From positions 128,001-192,000 of the forward strand of contig CAVQQD010000003.1 in assembly GCA_963714975.1 (NCBI GenBank): 64,000 nt of DNA, read 5' to 3'. Source of the DNA: an uncultured Gammaproteobacteria bacterium (GTDB taxonomy: Bacteria; Pseudomonadota; Gammaproteobacteria; JAURND01). Positions 35,635 to 45,638 of this stretch are shown piece by piece. The notes beneath the pieces are model-generated. The model was not told where the DNA came from and did not search any database. It saw nothing but the letters and a program-made list of their open reading frames with translations. Each line of letters begins with the position of its first letter. The first letter of the stretch is position 1. The position numbers were made by a program, and so were the translations under genes.

Positions 35635-36189
35635 CTATATCGTCAGTTTTTGTTCTTCCCGTAATCGGCATCCTTCGGCCATAATCCAGGAAATGAGGAT
35701 GATCAAAAACGCTGTGCATATCATTGCAAAATCTGCAGCTGTAAATGATATTACCGATACTCTTAAGCCTAGCCCGGGTGGGTTATGCCACGTTACCACT
35801 GCGGTCATAACCCCTTCCATAATGGGCTTTAATATTTGAGCGATTAGAAGTGCATAACCTGATTTTTTTAAATAGGTAACATTTTGCAAAGAAAAAATTT
35901 CACCCTGACTATAAAGCCGAAATAAACGAATTAAAAAATAGAAGAGAAATTCAATGGCAATAAAGGGAATGGCGCTTATGAGAAAGCCCCCAAGGCAAGT
36001 GATTAAATCTAGATGCAAGACTTGAACATTGGCTGGAATAGCTCGGATAATAAATCCGAAATCTGCGAGCAAAGGGATGGGCGCTGGGGCATGTAACCAA
36101 GCGAGGATATGTAAGATTGGCACACTAATAAATGCCAATATAAATAACCAGTAAAAACAAAGACTAACTTTTTTTATTTTAGGTGACAT
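35635..36189 (-). CDS. DUF2975 membrane protein, copy 1
   Basis: LFRLYSQGEIFSLQNV...SWIMAEGCRLREEQKLTI; typical pairing with a YozG-like HTH. Confidence 0.88.
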   Translation of the reverse strand: MSPKIKKVSLCFYWLFILAFISVPILHILAWLHAPAPIPLLADFGFIIRAIPANVQVLHLDLITCLGGFLISAIPFIAIEFLFYFLIRLFRLYSQGEIFSLQNVTYLKKSGYALLIAQILKPIMEGVMTAVVTWHNPPGLGLRVSVISFTAADFAMICTAFLIILISWIMAEGCRLREEQKLTI

Positions 36190-36237
36190 AGTGGCTCCAT
36201 GAGTGAAAGATTAATTGAAAGGCTAAAATATAATATA

Positions 36238-36258
36238 AATTATCGTTAGTCAATAATT
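36238..36258. promoter_or_regulatory. Imperfect palindromic operator overlapping the -35 of the DUF2975-HTH operon
   Basis: AATTATCG-TTAGT-CAATAATT, identical at 42176-42196; TTGACT on the minus strand. Confidence 0.6.
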
Positions 36259-36363
36259 ATTTAATCTATTATAGCCAATTATTTTCGTTGGTCATTAGCC
36301 GGGTATGCAAATCTTTGATCAATCTTGCATGGATCAATAGTGACAAGCTTGTTCTTCTTAAGC

Positions 36364-36392
36364 TTGACAAGTTGTTCGAGCATTAATAAAAT
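36364..36392 (+). promoter_or_regulatory. Sigma70 promoter of the GntR-monooxygenase operon
   Basis: TTGACA-N17-TAAAAT. Confidence 0.75.
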
Positions 36393-36428
36393 ACTCGAAT
36401 ATTTTTATATTGTTCGATTATACTGAAT

Positions 36429-37109
36429 ATGACAGACGACAATACTTTAGCCACACAATGTTTTATAAAAATCAGGGAGCTAATTCTGAATGGCCAGCTA
36501 TTGCCTGGCGAAAAACTAAAAGGAGATCATTTAAAGCAGCAGTTAAACGTTGGTTTAAGCCCAATACGGGAAGCATTATCTAGGTTAGCAACTACAAATT
36601 TAGTTAAATTTGAAGATAAAAAAGGTTTTACTGTAGCAATTCTTACAGAATATGGGGTAAACGATGTTGTTAAAACATACGGCAAAATTGAGTGTTTGGC
36701 GCTGGAAAATGCTATAGAAACTGGTGATGACCAGTGGGAGGCGGGTATCGTTGCTGCCCTGTATGGATTATCAAAAGTTGAAACTAAGAATAAGGTTCCT
36801 TATGAAGAATGGGCGCCAAAAAATTCCGCTTTTCATAATAGTCTGGTATCCGCCTGTAATTCATTATGCCTACTGCGAATACGCAATGATTTACAACAGA
36901 TGAGTGAATGGTTCACTAAACTAAGTTATAGATTTGCGGATAGCCGCACAATATTAGCAAATCACCAAGAGCATAAAATAATTGCAGATGAAGTTATTGG
37001 GAAAAAACTACGTAGTGCCAGCAATAATTTGTATAACCATATTACTGGCGGAGTAAATGATTTGATTGCTCAACTTAAAAAGCATGGTTTAATACGAGAT
37101 GAAAAATGA
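36429..37109 (+). CDS. GntR family regulator (FCD domain)
   Basis: ILNGQLLPGEKL...VGLSPIREALSRL; N..FH..LV.AC and H..I motifs. Confidence 0.92.
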   Translation: MTDDNTLATQCFIKIRELILNGQLLPGEKLKGDHLKQQLNVGLSPIREALSRLATTNLVKFEDKKGFTVAILTEYGVNDVVKTYGKIECLALENAIETGDDQWEAGIVAALYGLSKVETKNKVPYEEWAPKNSAFHNSLVSACNSLCLLRIRNDLQQMSEWFTKLSYRFADSRTILANHQEHKIIADEVIGKKLRSASNNLYNHITGGVNDLIAQLKKHGLIRDEK

Positions 37110-38317
37110 ATTCTGCTAGAAAAACTAAACCTGTTCTTATTTCTGGTGCTGGAGTAGCTGGGCTTGCACTGGCTTATTGGTTGCGTAGGTATGGTTTTTC
37201 CCCAACCCTAATCGAACGTTCTCCCAATTTGCGCACAGGGGGGTTTAAAATTGATGTACGAGGTGCAGCGGTTGAAGTTTTAAAGCGCATGGATATCTAT
37301 TCTGATGTTATTGCTTTGAAAACTGATATAAAAGAAGCGTTAATTGTAGATAGTGCTGGAAAATTAATTACTGACATGAATAGTGATATTTATGACATTC
37401 GTACCGGGGAAGATTTAGAAATTTTACGCGGTGATCTTTGTCATATTATCAGGAAACAAATTAATGATGTGGAATTTATTTTCGACGATGCAGTCAAAAC
37501 TATAGCACAAAAATCTGAGAATATTTATGTTGAGTTTCAACAAGCCAAACCGCGGATTTTTGATTTTGTTATTGGGGCGGATGGGTTACACTCCAATGTT
37601 CGGAAGCTGATATTTGGTGATGAATCGAATTTTTCCAGTGAGCTTGGTTTGTATATATCTATATTCAGTGTTCCAAATTATCTGAATCTTGATCGGAAAA
37701 TAATAGAATGTACTGAACCTGGAAAGCTCGCAATTCTTTATTGCTCAAAGGGCGATACAGCTGCAAAAGCTGCCTTTCTTTTTTCTTCAGAATGTTTGCA
37801 AATGGATTATGATGACACAATACGGCAAAAAGAATTGTTACGTTCGGTTTATGCAAATTTTGGTTGGGAAATTCCAAACATTTTAAAATCAATGGATGAG
37901 GCAAATGATTTTTACTTTGATTCTGTAACCCAAATTCATATGAATTCCTGGTCGAAGGATCGAGTTGCATTAATCGGTGATGCAGGATATTGCGCTTCAC
38001 CCGTATCAGGTCAGGGAACCAGTTTAGCATTGGTAGGGTCATATGTGCTTGCTGGAGAACTTGGATCTTCCAGTGATTATGAGCAAGCCTTCACTCAGTA
38101 TGAAAGAGAAATGCGACATTATGTCAAAAAAAATCAAAAATTTGGACGCATCTTTGCCAACGGTATGACAGGAAAAGACCAGAATCAAATCATGACTTCG
38201 TTGCAGGATAAGCTCATGCAAATTCTTCCGGGAGGCTGGGTGAATTTCATAACCGAACGACGAGTGAAACAAATCACGCGAGCAGCTAATGCTATTAAGC
38301 TTAAAAATTATGGTTGA
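37106..38317 (+). CDS. FAD-dependent monooxygenase (group A)
   Basis: VLISGAGVAG, VIGADGLHSNVR, RVALIGDAGYCASPVSGQG. Confidence 0.93.
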   Translation: MNSARKTKPVLISGAGVAGLALAYWLRRYGFSPTLIERSPNLRTGGFKIDVRGAAVEVLKRMDIYSDVIALKTDIKEALIVDSAGKLITDMNSDIYDIRTGEDLEILRGDLCHIIRKQINDVEFIFDDAVKTIAQKSENIYVEFQQAKPRIFDFVIGADGLHSNVRKLIFGDESNFSSELGLYISIFSVPNYLNLDRKIIECTEPGKLAILYCSKGDTAAKAAFLFSSECLQMDYDDTIRQKELLRSVYANFGWEIPNILKSMDEANDFYFDSVTQIHMNSWSKDRVALIGDAGYCASPVSGQGTSLALVGSYVLAGELGSSSDYEQAFTQYEREMRHYVKKNQKFGRIFANGMTGKDQNQIMTSLQDKLMQILPGGWVNFITERRVKQITRAANAIKLKNYG

Positions 38318-38436
38318 GTTTTTGCGGCATGGGTTCTTTTATTTTGTAGTTTGACCACTGTTTTAGATAAGTTTTGTTGTTGACCTTGGTCAACCCAAAG
38401 GCTAAACTTATAGCATCTGTATTCAGGATTTAAAAA

Positions 38437-38667
38437 ATGCGGCGAAAAAAACATCCTAATAAAGAAATTGAAGATGCTATTCAATATGCTGAACAACAAG
38501 GATGGAGATATAAAAAAGCAGGGGATTCAGCTCATGCTTGGGGAAGATTATTATGTCCTTTGCAAGACAGAAATGGTTGCAGCATGTCTATATGGTCAAC
38601 TCCACGAAATACAGATACTCATGCTAAACAAATTTACCGGCGTATTGATGTATGTCCACATACATAG
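38437..38667 (+). CDS. Small basic protein, HicA-like toxin candidate
   Basis: GW....G.SAHAWG motif; sits immediately upstream of an HTH partner gene. Confidence 0.6.
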   Translation: MRRKKHPNKEIEDAIQYAEQQGWRYKKAGDSAHAWGRLLCPLQDRNGCSMSIWSTPRNTDTHAKQIYRRIDVCPHT

Positions 38668-38676
38668 GAGGAGGCA

Positions 38677-39243
38677 ATGAACCAGAGTCTTAAAGCTTAC
38701 CAATTTACTTTAGTCTTAAAAGATGTCGATGCGAACACTCCTAATCTTGAAGATAGTCTGTATGAAGCAGGTTGCGATGATGCCCTAATTAACTCAAGGG
38801 AAGGCGTGGTTTACCTGGATTTTAACAGGGAAGCTATTTCTTTAGAGGAAGCCGTTATGAGCGCCATTAAAGATGTTGAAACTTCTACTATTAAAGCTGT
38901 TGTTGCAAATCTTGCACCCGAAAATTTAGTAACAGAAACTGAAGTAGCGAAACGCCTTCATATAAAGCGCCAAGCTGTATCTTTGTGGATTAAAGGCCAA
39001 AGAAGAAATTCTATCCCATTTCCTAAACCTATTATGTGGTTATCTAATAAATCACCATTTTGGAAGTGGAGTGAAGTGACGAATTGGCTGTACCGTAATC
39101 AGTTAATCTCGGAAAAGGAAATTGTGACTAACGCCCTTTTTGTAGAGCATATGAACGCAGCACTAGAGGAACGTGACATAATCACTAGAAAATATCGACA
39201 TTCTTTGTTAAAAAAAATTGAGAATCTTGCTCGGCCTGGTTGA
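38677..39243 (+). CDS. DNA-binding protein, antitoxin candidate (N-terminal LYEAGCDDA domain plus HTH)
   Basis: RBS AGGAGG; LVTETEVAKRLHIKRQAVSLW HTH followed by FPKP. Confidence 0.75.
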   Translation: MNQSLKAYQFTLVLKDVDANTPNLEDSLYEAGCDDALINSREGVVYLDFNREAISLEEAVMSAIKDVETSTIKAVVANLAPENLVTETEVAKRLHIKRQAVSLWIKGQRRNSIPFPKPIMWLSNKSPFWKWSEVTNWLYRNQLISEKEIVTNALFVEHMNAALEERDIITRKYRHSLLKKIENLARPG

Positions 39244-39407
39244 GAAGTATAGCATGTGGATAGTAAAAGACTGCCAGTTGCTTAATGGAAGCCGTAAAAA
39301 TAGTCTTAAAAGAATTTGCTTTGCTGCTTGTTGCAAATGTTAAAAATTCAAGATATCAGAAATTCTGTGCATTTGCCTAGCATGGGTTCCACACCTCATG
39401 CCGATTT

Positions 39408-40175
39408 TCAAAAATCTTCTGGCATCTGATGGCTATAATCTCCGTTATCCTTTGCAACTGCTTTGGGATTTGACTTTAGTTTTTTAACAAAGTCATCCGC
39501 AAAACTATCTGTGGTGATATCTTCAAGGCCTTGTTCAATTCCATCGAAAATGCGGGCTGCTGCATTAGCGGGAGTCTCTTTCGTAAAATCCACATCATCA
39601 GCCATATCAGTATCAATCGGTCCAGGATAAATACCAAACACTGAAACGCCATGCTGCATTAATTCTGCTCTTACTGATTGAGTTAGGGAGTGAACCGCGG
39701 CTTTCGACGCTGAATAGGTGGCATACAAAGGAAAAGCAGCCAATCCCCCAATAGATATGATATTTGCTATGGCGGCATTTTGATTTTTAATGAGAGTTTT
39801 GCAAAAAGCGCGAGTGAGATTAAGTGGCCCAAAATAATTAACTTCGAGTTCTTGCCTTGCTGTTTGTTCATCATAGTTAAAGCAAACGCCGGAACATCCT
39901 GCAAATCCAGCATTGTTGATTAAAATTTGGGTATCACTGGCTGCTTGTACAACTTTGTATATTTCATCTTGATTAGTTACATCCAATTTTACCGGTACAA
40001 CAAGTCCTGGGTATTGAGAAGCTAGACTACCGAGTTGAGCAATATTTCTTGCTGTTGCGTAAACCTTTTTGGCGCCTCTTTTAATTGCTTCTTTTACTAA
40101 GGCGTGTCCTATACCTCTCTTACGATTAGCTCCTGTTATGAAAATAATTGAGTTTTTCACTACAATGTTTGACAT
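39408..40175 (-). CDS. SDR family oxidoreductase, copy 1
   Basis: TGANRKRGIG, LINNAG, YSASK, PGPIDTDM. Confidence 0.93.
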   Translation of the reverse strand: MSNIVVKNSIIFITGANRKRGIGHALVKEAIKRGAKKVYATARNIAQLGSLASQYPGLVVPVKLDVTNQDEIYKVVQAASDTQILINNAGFAGCSGVCFNYDEQTARQELEVNYFGPLNLTRAFCKTLIKNQNAAIANIISIGGLAAFPLYATYSASKAAVHSLTQSVRAELMQHGVSVFGIYPGPIDTDMADDVDFTKETPANAAARIFDGIEQGLEDITTDSFADDFVKKLKSNPKAVAKDNGDYSHQMPEDF

Positions 40176-40440
40176 TTTGTTTTCCTTTATGGATCAAGTA
40201 GGGTGATTCTTTTGATGAAGTGTCACCGTATTATATATCTAGAACGGGATACATAGTAAAGGCAACTTTTTTTAGTATTGTGAGTTAAACTCTCGTTGGG
40301 TATTGGATATTAAAGCAGTTCTGGTTATTATCCACCCGTCTCCTGTTTGACAAAAAATGTAAGATGTCATACAAATAGGAGAGTTTAATCCTAAATTTTA
40401 TCGTACGTTTAAATTGGTTTTAAAGAATGGAGATATATGT

Positions 40441-40692
40441 ATGCTGCTGCAACAAGTAAGACTTCGTGAAGCAAGTCAACACCTTTCTCATTATATTGAT
40501 GAAGTAGAGCAAGGAACCGAAATTATTATTACTAGGCGTGGTCAACCTGTGGCTCGGTTATTAACTATTGCCAAAAAACGTAAATTAACACACACGCAAC
40601 AGAAAACATGGGATAACTTGCTAAACAAATTGCGTAAGGGCTACTTCTTGGGTGAGGAAAAACTTAATCTAGAGCGCGCACATGAGCGTTGA
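40441..40692 (+). CDS. Phd/YefM-family antitoxin, copy 1
   Basis: LREASQHLSHYIDEVEQGTEIIITRRGQPVARL. Confidence 0.9.
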   Translation: MLLQQVRLREASQHLSHYIDEVEQGTEIIITRRGQPVARLLTIAKKRKLTHTQQKTWDNLLNKLRKGYFLGEEKLNLERAHER

Positions 40693-40802
40693 GCGTATTA
40701 CATCGATACCAATATCCTCATTTACGCTGCCAATGCTACTGCGCATGATGCCGGTATTGCTCTCTTGCTCAGTGAAGATTTTCAGCATGGACAACTCATC
40801 AA
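40682..40802 (+). pseudogene. vapC: Internally deleted vapC (PIN toxin) remnant
   Basis: The 5' part (45628-45684 equivalent) is joined directly to the 45945-46013 equivalent at a GCT microhomology. Confidence 0.85.
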
Positions 40803-40950
40803 CAGCAATTCTCGGCGAATCACCGCAGTCCCCGTCGTCCCTGCATGGATGCATGGATGCATGGAACAGGAAAGTTAAGGTTTCGTGCTTCTCATCAGCA
40901 TGGATCCCGCGGACAAGCCGCGGGACGACGTATTCGCCGAGAATTGCTGG
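40803..40950. mobile_element. Family D-related inverted repeat enclosing a family A copy (40833-40930)
   Basis: Perfect 18-bp IR CAGCAATTCTCGGCGAAT / ATTCGCCGAGAATTGCTG; inner CGTCGTCCC...GGGACGACG. Confidence 0.8.
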
Positions 40951-40980
40951 CATTTACGCTGCCAATGCTGATGAACGTCA

Positions 40981-41310
40981 TCATTTCCTGATACTATCTA
41001 AGGATTTTTTTAAATGGTGTTGAAACATCAGATTAATAAATTCTTCATCTTTTGAGTAATCCAAATCCTCATTCTCTATAGAGTAAAAATTCTGAGAAAT
41101 TTTCTGATTATCAAACATAGAACCAATCCAAGCACAAAACAGCACACAAGGCACGCATATCAACATAACACAAAAAATATTAACCTCTAGATTAGGAATA
41201 TTTATCCCATATTTAACTGCAATACCACTTCCCGCAGTACCAATGGTTCCCCCGATTAAGACTCCCTTATTATTTTTTAAATGATGATTGAAAAAATTTG
41301 AACCTGACAT
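40981..41310 (-). CDS. Hypothetical two-TM protein (copy 2)
   Basis: Near-identical to 35043-35372. Confidence 0.7.
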   Translation of the reverse strand: MSGSNFFNHHLKNNKGVLIGGTIGTAGSGIAVKYGINIPNLEVNIFCVMLICVPCVLFCAWIGSMFDNQKISQNFYSIENEDLDYSKDEEFINLMFQHHLKKSLDSIRK

Positions 41311-41325
41311 TTAAATGCTCTCTTA

Positions 41326-41565
41326 TTAAAATTGTGACTTGGTCATCGTTTTTGGAAGATCATCATATCGATGTTCCAATATATCTCCTGGCTGACATTC
41401 TAAATAAGCACAAATTGCATCTAAAGTGCTCAACCGGATGGCTTTAGCCTTTCCGGTCTTTAAAATGGATAAATTTTGTTCTGTGATGCCAATTGATTCT
41501 GCCAATTCTTTGGAGCGAATTTTACGTTTAGCCATCATTACATCGATGTTAATGATAATTGTCAT
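41326..41565 (-). CDS. XRE/Cro-type HTH regulator, copy 2
   Basis: Near-identical to 35388-35627. Confidence 0.92.
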   Translation of the reverse strand: MTIIINIDVMMAKRKIRSKELAESIGITEQNLSILKTGKAKAIRLSTLDAICAYLECQPGDILEHRYDDLPKTMTKSQF

Positions 41566-41572
41566 AGTTGTC

Positions 41573-42127
41573 CTATATTGTCAGTTTTTGTTCTTCCCGC
41601 AATCGGCACCCTTCGGCCATAATCCAGGAAATGAGGATGATCAAAAACGCTGTGCATATCATTGCAATATCTGCAGCTGTAAATGATATTACCGATACTC
41701 TTAAGCCTAGCCCGGGTGGGTTATGCCACGTTACCACTGTGGTCATAACCCCTTCCATAATGGGCTTTACTATTTGAGCGATTAGAAGTGCATAACCTGA
41801 TTTTTTTAAATAGGTAACATTTTGCAAAGAAAAAATTTCACCCTGACTATAAAGCCGAAATAAACGAATTAAAAAATAGAAGAGAAATTCAATGGCAATA
41901 AAGGGAATGGCGCTTATGAGAAAGCCCCAAAAGCGAGTGATTAAATCTAGGTGCAGCACTTGGACGTTGGCTGGGATAGCTCGGACAATAAACCCAAAAT
42001 CTGCAAGCAAAGGGACTGGCGCCGGAGTGTGTAACCAAGCGATGATATGTAAGATTGGCACGCTAATAAATGCCAATATAAATAACCAGTAAAAACAAAG
42101 ACTAACTTTTTTTATTTTAGGTGACAT
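41573..42127 (-). CDS. DUF2975 membrane protein, copy 2
   Basis: Near-identical to 35635-36189. Confidence 0.88.
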   Translation of the reverse strand: MSPKIKKVSLCFYWLFILAFISVPILHIIAWLHTPAPVPLLADFGFIVRAIPANVQVLHLDLITRFWGFLISAIPFIAIEFLFYFLIRLFRLYSQGEIFSLQNVTYLKKSGYALLIAQIVKPIMEGVMTTVVTWHNPPGLGLRVSVISFTAADIAMICTAFLIILISWIMAEGCRLREEQKLTI

Positions 42128-42266
42128 AATGGCTCCATGGGTGAAAGATAAGTTGAAGGACTAAAATATAATATAAATTATCGTTAGTCAATAATTATTT
42201 AATCCATTATAACCAATTATTTTTGTGGTGAGCTATTTGATTGAGTTAACCGGCGAGGAATGGAAG

Positions 42267-42297
42267 TCATTGAAGTCGAAATTTTCGACTTCAATGA
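42267..42297. repeat. Perfect 15-bp-arm palindrome
   Basis: TCATTGAAGTCGAAA-T-TTTCGACTTCAATGA downstream of the 42333 gene. Confidence 0.8.
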
Positions 42298-42332
42298 AGA
42301 GGGAAAGATAAAGCTTCTGAAGGACGCTTACA

Positions 42333-44036
42333 TCAAGCAAGCATCGCAAGTTTTTGCATCAAGTGATTTTGTAACCACAACCAACGACGGTAAATTTCGC
42401 CAGATAAAGTAGTGGCGATTTGTCGGGCTATATCACCAGAATATTTAAGCATTCGTGCATTATTTTCCGTCATTAACAGCGTTAAATATTGTTCACTCAG
42501 TCCGGCGCCACCAAGCAAAGGATCTAAATCATTGGCCACAAAATTTTCCCAGGTGAGGCTAGCATCATAGCCAAAACGAGCAAATGCCAAATAATTTATT
42601 TCATTGACAGTATTAAATGCACTGGCCTCACCGAAAATGCTCGCACCTTTCATTCCAGTGTCATAAGAAAGACGCATCATTGCAGCATAACGTTGTGCAA
42701 TTAGCTCATAGCGTTCCCCTTGCCATTGCGAGCCCATATGGGTGCGTAAAATATTCTTAGAATGTGGTAGTTTTTTAATGTATTCATTTGTAAGAGCAGC
42801 TTGCAACTTAGGCCAGTAAGAGCGATTAATACAAAATTGATAAACGGCTTCGTCTGGTAGATCAGCCAAAGCAGAAAGCTGATCTAAATCTAGTAGATTA
42901 TCCCAGTAAGACTCACAAACCAGCCACAAATTTTCGCTATTATTACCTTGTCGCGCTGCTGCGAATAAACGAGGGTACAGCAAAGCCATATCGGCTAGAG
43001 ACCACTGCAGATTTACTGCGCGCCTTTTTGTGCAGTCAGTGCATTGACATGCCCCATAATCACCGGTTTCAAAATTAATACCCCCAATAGCAAAGGTCTC
43101 AGTCAGCCATTGTATGGCTTCAATATGATACTCATGGTTTGCAGTTTTAGAAGGGCAGGCAGCGTCTAAATAATGGGTTTCCGGTATATACAGTTTAACA
43201 AAATCAGGTAATTCAAATACTTTTAGCGGATCGAACTGTGCGCGCAGACTAGGATTCTGACGTAGCCACTGCGATAAATTATAATGATGTTTGCCTTCCC
43301 AATAAATCCCACCATAAGAATTGATGCCAACACCAGGCAAAATACGGACCCCACGCTCATTGGCGTAGCGGCATATTTCCTGTGCAGCAGCAATGCCCCC
43401 ATGACTATCACGTAAAAAACCGTAGATAGTGACGCCATTAATCCGATTTAGGCTCATAAAATCAATGAGCCGCTGATAATCCTGTAAGAAACCCTCTTCT
43501 GGTTTTAAATAGGGATTAGCAAATCCAATATCTTGCTGCCCATTCTGAGTTAAAAACCAATTAGTGCTGTGATCCCAGGTCCAGAATAATCGATAAGGTA
43601 GAGCGGGTGATTGCTGCAAATCTAAAAGCGGTATAGTGATCTCATTAGCAGACATTTTCAGATGCTTAAGCCCTAATTCATTGATTGCATAAATCGCACC
43701 CGCGAGACCGCAACCATTAATAAGCAATGCAGGAGCATGATGAAGCTTCCCAGTCTGGATGGAAAAACTACCTTCGCTTTGAGCGGTGTTGAGGTGTGTA
43801 GGATTGGTAACGGTTAACCATAGGGTTAGGTGAGGATGATTTTTTATTTCAGCATACTCGGAATGCTTAGCTACCTGTATGGATGAGTTTGGAAAATACT
43901 GCTTTAATAAGCGGATTATGTGCGTATAACTATACTGTTGATCAACCAAGAGGTTAATCACTGAGCCGCTTGTGGGTAAATGCACAGGTCCAATTTCTTT
44001 GGAGTAATGCTCAATTGTGGGCATTGTGATATCCAT
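42333..44036 (-). CDS. Putative glycoside hydrolase-like protein (GH20-type N-domain plus TIM barrel)
   Basis: LLINGCGLAGAIYAINEL..P.LPYR, DYQRLIDFMSLNRIN, ICRYANERGVRILPG, ACPS, CQCTDC. Start placed at ATG 44036. Confidence 0.55.
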   Translation of the reverse strand: MDITMPTIEHYSKEIGPVHLPTSGSVINLLVDQQYSYTHIIRLLKQYFPNSSIQVAKHSEYAEIKNHPHLTLWLTVTNPTHLNTAQSEGSFSIQTGKLHHAPALLINGCGLAGAIYAINELGLKHLKMSANEITIPLLDLQQSPALPYRLFWTWDHSTNWFLTQNGQQDIGFANPYLKPEEGFLQDYQRLIDFMSLNRINGVTIYGFLRDSHGGIAAAQEICRYANERGVRILPGVGINSYGGIYWEGKHHYNLSQWLRQNPSLRAQFDPLKVFELPDFVKLYIPETHYLDAACPSKTANHEYHIEAIQWLTETFAIGGINFETGDYGACQCTDCTKRRAVNLQWSLADMALLYPRLFAAARQGNNSENLWLVCESYWDNLLDLDQLSALADLPDEAVYQFCINRSYWPKLQAALTNEYIKKLPHSKNILRTHMGSQWQGERYELIAQRYAAMMRLSYDTGMKGASIFGEASAFNTVNEINYLAFARFGYDASLTWENFVANDLDPLLGGAGLSEQYLTLLMTENNARMLKYSGDIARQIATTLSGEIYRRWLWLQNHLMQKLAMLA

Positions 44037-44037
44037 T

Positions 44038-44807
44038 TCAAAATCCTTCTGGCATCTGATGGATATAATCCCCGTTATCCTTTTCAACTGCTTTGGGATC
44101 TAACCTAAGTTTTTTAACAAAGTTATCCGCAAAACTCATCTGTAGTGATATCTTCAATTCCTTGTTCGATTCCGTCAAAGATGCGAACTGCTGCATTAGC
44201 AGGAGTTTCTTTCGAAGCTCCACCCCATCAGCCATATCTGTATCGATTGGCCCGGGATAAATACCAAAAACTGAAACGCCATGACGTGCATCAATTCTGC
44301 TCTTACCGATTGTGTTAGGGAGTGAGCTGCAGCTTTCGAGGCTGAGTATGTGGCACACAAAGGAAAAGAAGACAATCCCCCAATAGAGATAATATTTGCT
44401 ATGGCGGCATTTTGATTTTTGATAAGAGTTTTGCAAAAAGCACGAATGAGATTAAGTCGGCCCAAAATAATTAACTTCGAGTTCTTGCCTTGCTATTTGT
44501 TCACTATAGTTAAAGCAAATGCCCGAATATCCCGCAAATCCTGCATTGTTGATTAAAATCTGGGTATCGCTGGCTGCTTGTGCAACTTGGTCAGTTTCAT
44601 CTTATTTGTTACATCCAAACTTAGCGGAACAACGATTCCTGGGTACTGGGAAGCTAGACTATCGAGTTGAGAAATATTTCTTGCTGTTGCGTAAACCTTT
44701 TTGGCGCCTCTTTTAACTGCTTCTTCCACTAGGGCGCGTCCTATACCTCTCTTACGATTAGCTCCTGTTATGAAAATAATTGAGTTTTTCACTACAATGT
44801 TTGACAT
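44038..44807 (-). pseudogene. SDR oxidoreductase copy 2 with multiple indels (pseudogene or noisy consensus)
   Basis: Colinear with 39408-40175 but split across at least three frames. Confidence 0.8.
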
Positions 44808-45031
44808 TTTGTTTTCCTTTATGGATCAAGTAGGGTGATTCTTTTGATGAAGTGTCACCGTATTATATATCTAGAACGGGATACATAGTAAAGGCAACTT
44901 TTTTTAGTATTGTGAGTTAAACTCTCGTTGAGTATTGGATATTAAGTTCTGGTTGTTATCCATGTACAGATAATCTTGCTCAACAGATTTACCGGCGTAT
45001 TAGCCTATGTCCACATAATTAGGAGGAGGTA

Positions 45032-45256
45032 ATGAACCAAAGCCTTAAAACTTATCAATTTACTTTAATCTTAAAGGACGTCAATGCGAACGCTCCTAAT
45101 CTTGAAGATAGCCTATATGAAGCAGGTTGCGATGATGCACTAATTAATTCAAGGAATGGTGTAGTTTCCCTGGATTTTAACAGGGCAGCCGCTTCTTTAG
45201 AGGAAGCTGTTATGGGCGCTATTAAAGATGTTGTTGCAAATCTGCTGTTTCTATAG
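45032..45256 (+). pseudogene. Truncated copy of the 38677 antitoxin-like gene, preceded by the 3' remnant of its partner
   Basis: First ~66 aa match, HTH lost; 44964-45018 matches the end of 38437-38667. Confidence 0.8.
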
Positions 45257-45386
45257 TTCACGATTTTGTTGTAAATCCCGTCTCTTGTTTGACAGAAAAT
45301 GTAAGATGTCATACAATTGCATAAGTTTAATGCTAAATTGTAAGTTAAAGTTGGTTTTAAAGAATGGAGATATAGGAGATATATGT

Positions 45387-45638
45387 ATGCTGCTGCAACA
45401 AGTAAGCCTTCGTGAGGCAAATCAACACCTTTCTCATTATATTGATGAAGTAGAGCAAGGAGCCGAAATTATTATTACTAGGCGTGGTCAACCTGTGGCT
45501 CGGTTATTACCTATTGCCAAAAAACGTAAATTAACACACACGCAACAGAAAACATGGGATAACTTGCTAAAAAAATTGCGTAAGGGCTATTCTTTGGGTG
45601 GGGGAAAATTTAATCGAGATCGCGCGCATGAGCGTTGA
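45387..45638 (+). CDS. Phd/YefM-family antitoxin, copy 2
   Basis: Same motif as 40441; overlaps the start of the PIN gene. Confidence 0.9.
   Translation: MLLQQVSLREANQHLSHYIDEVEQGAEIIITRRGQPVARLLPIAKKRKLTHTQQKTWDNLLKKLRKGYSLGGGKFNRDRAHER

Noticed and set aside
44038-44807. Three separate SDR-like genes
   Set aside because: They are fragments of one duplicated SDR; whether the indels are biological cannot be decided without reads.
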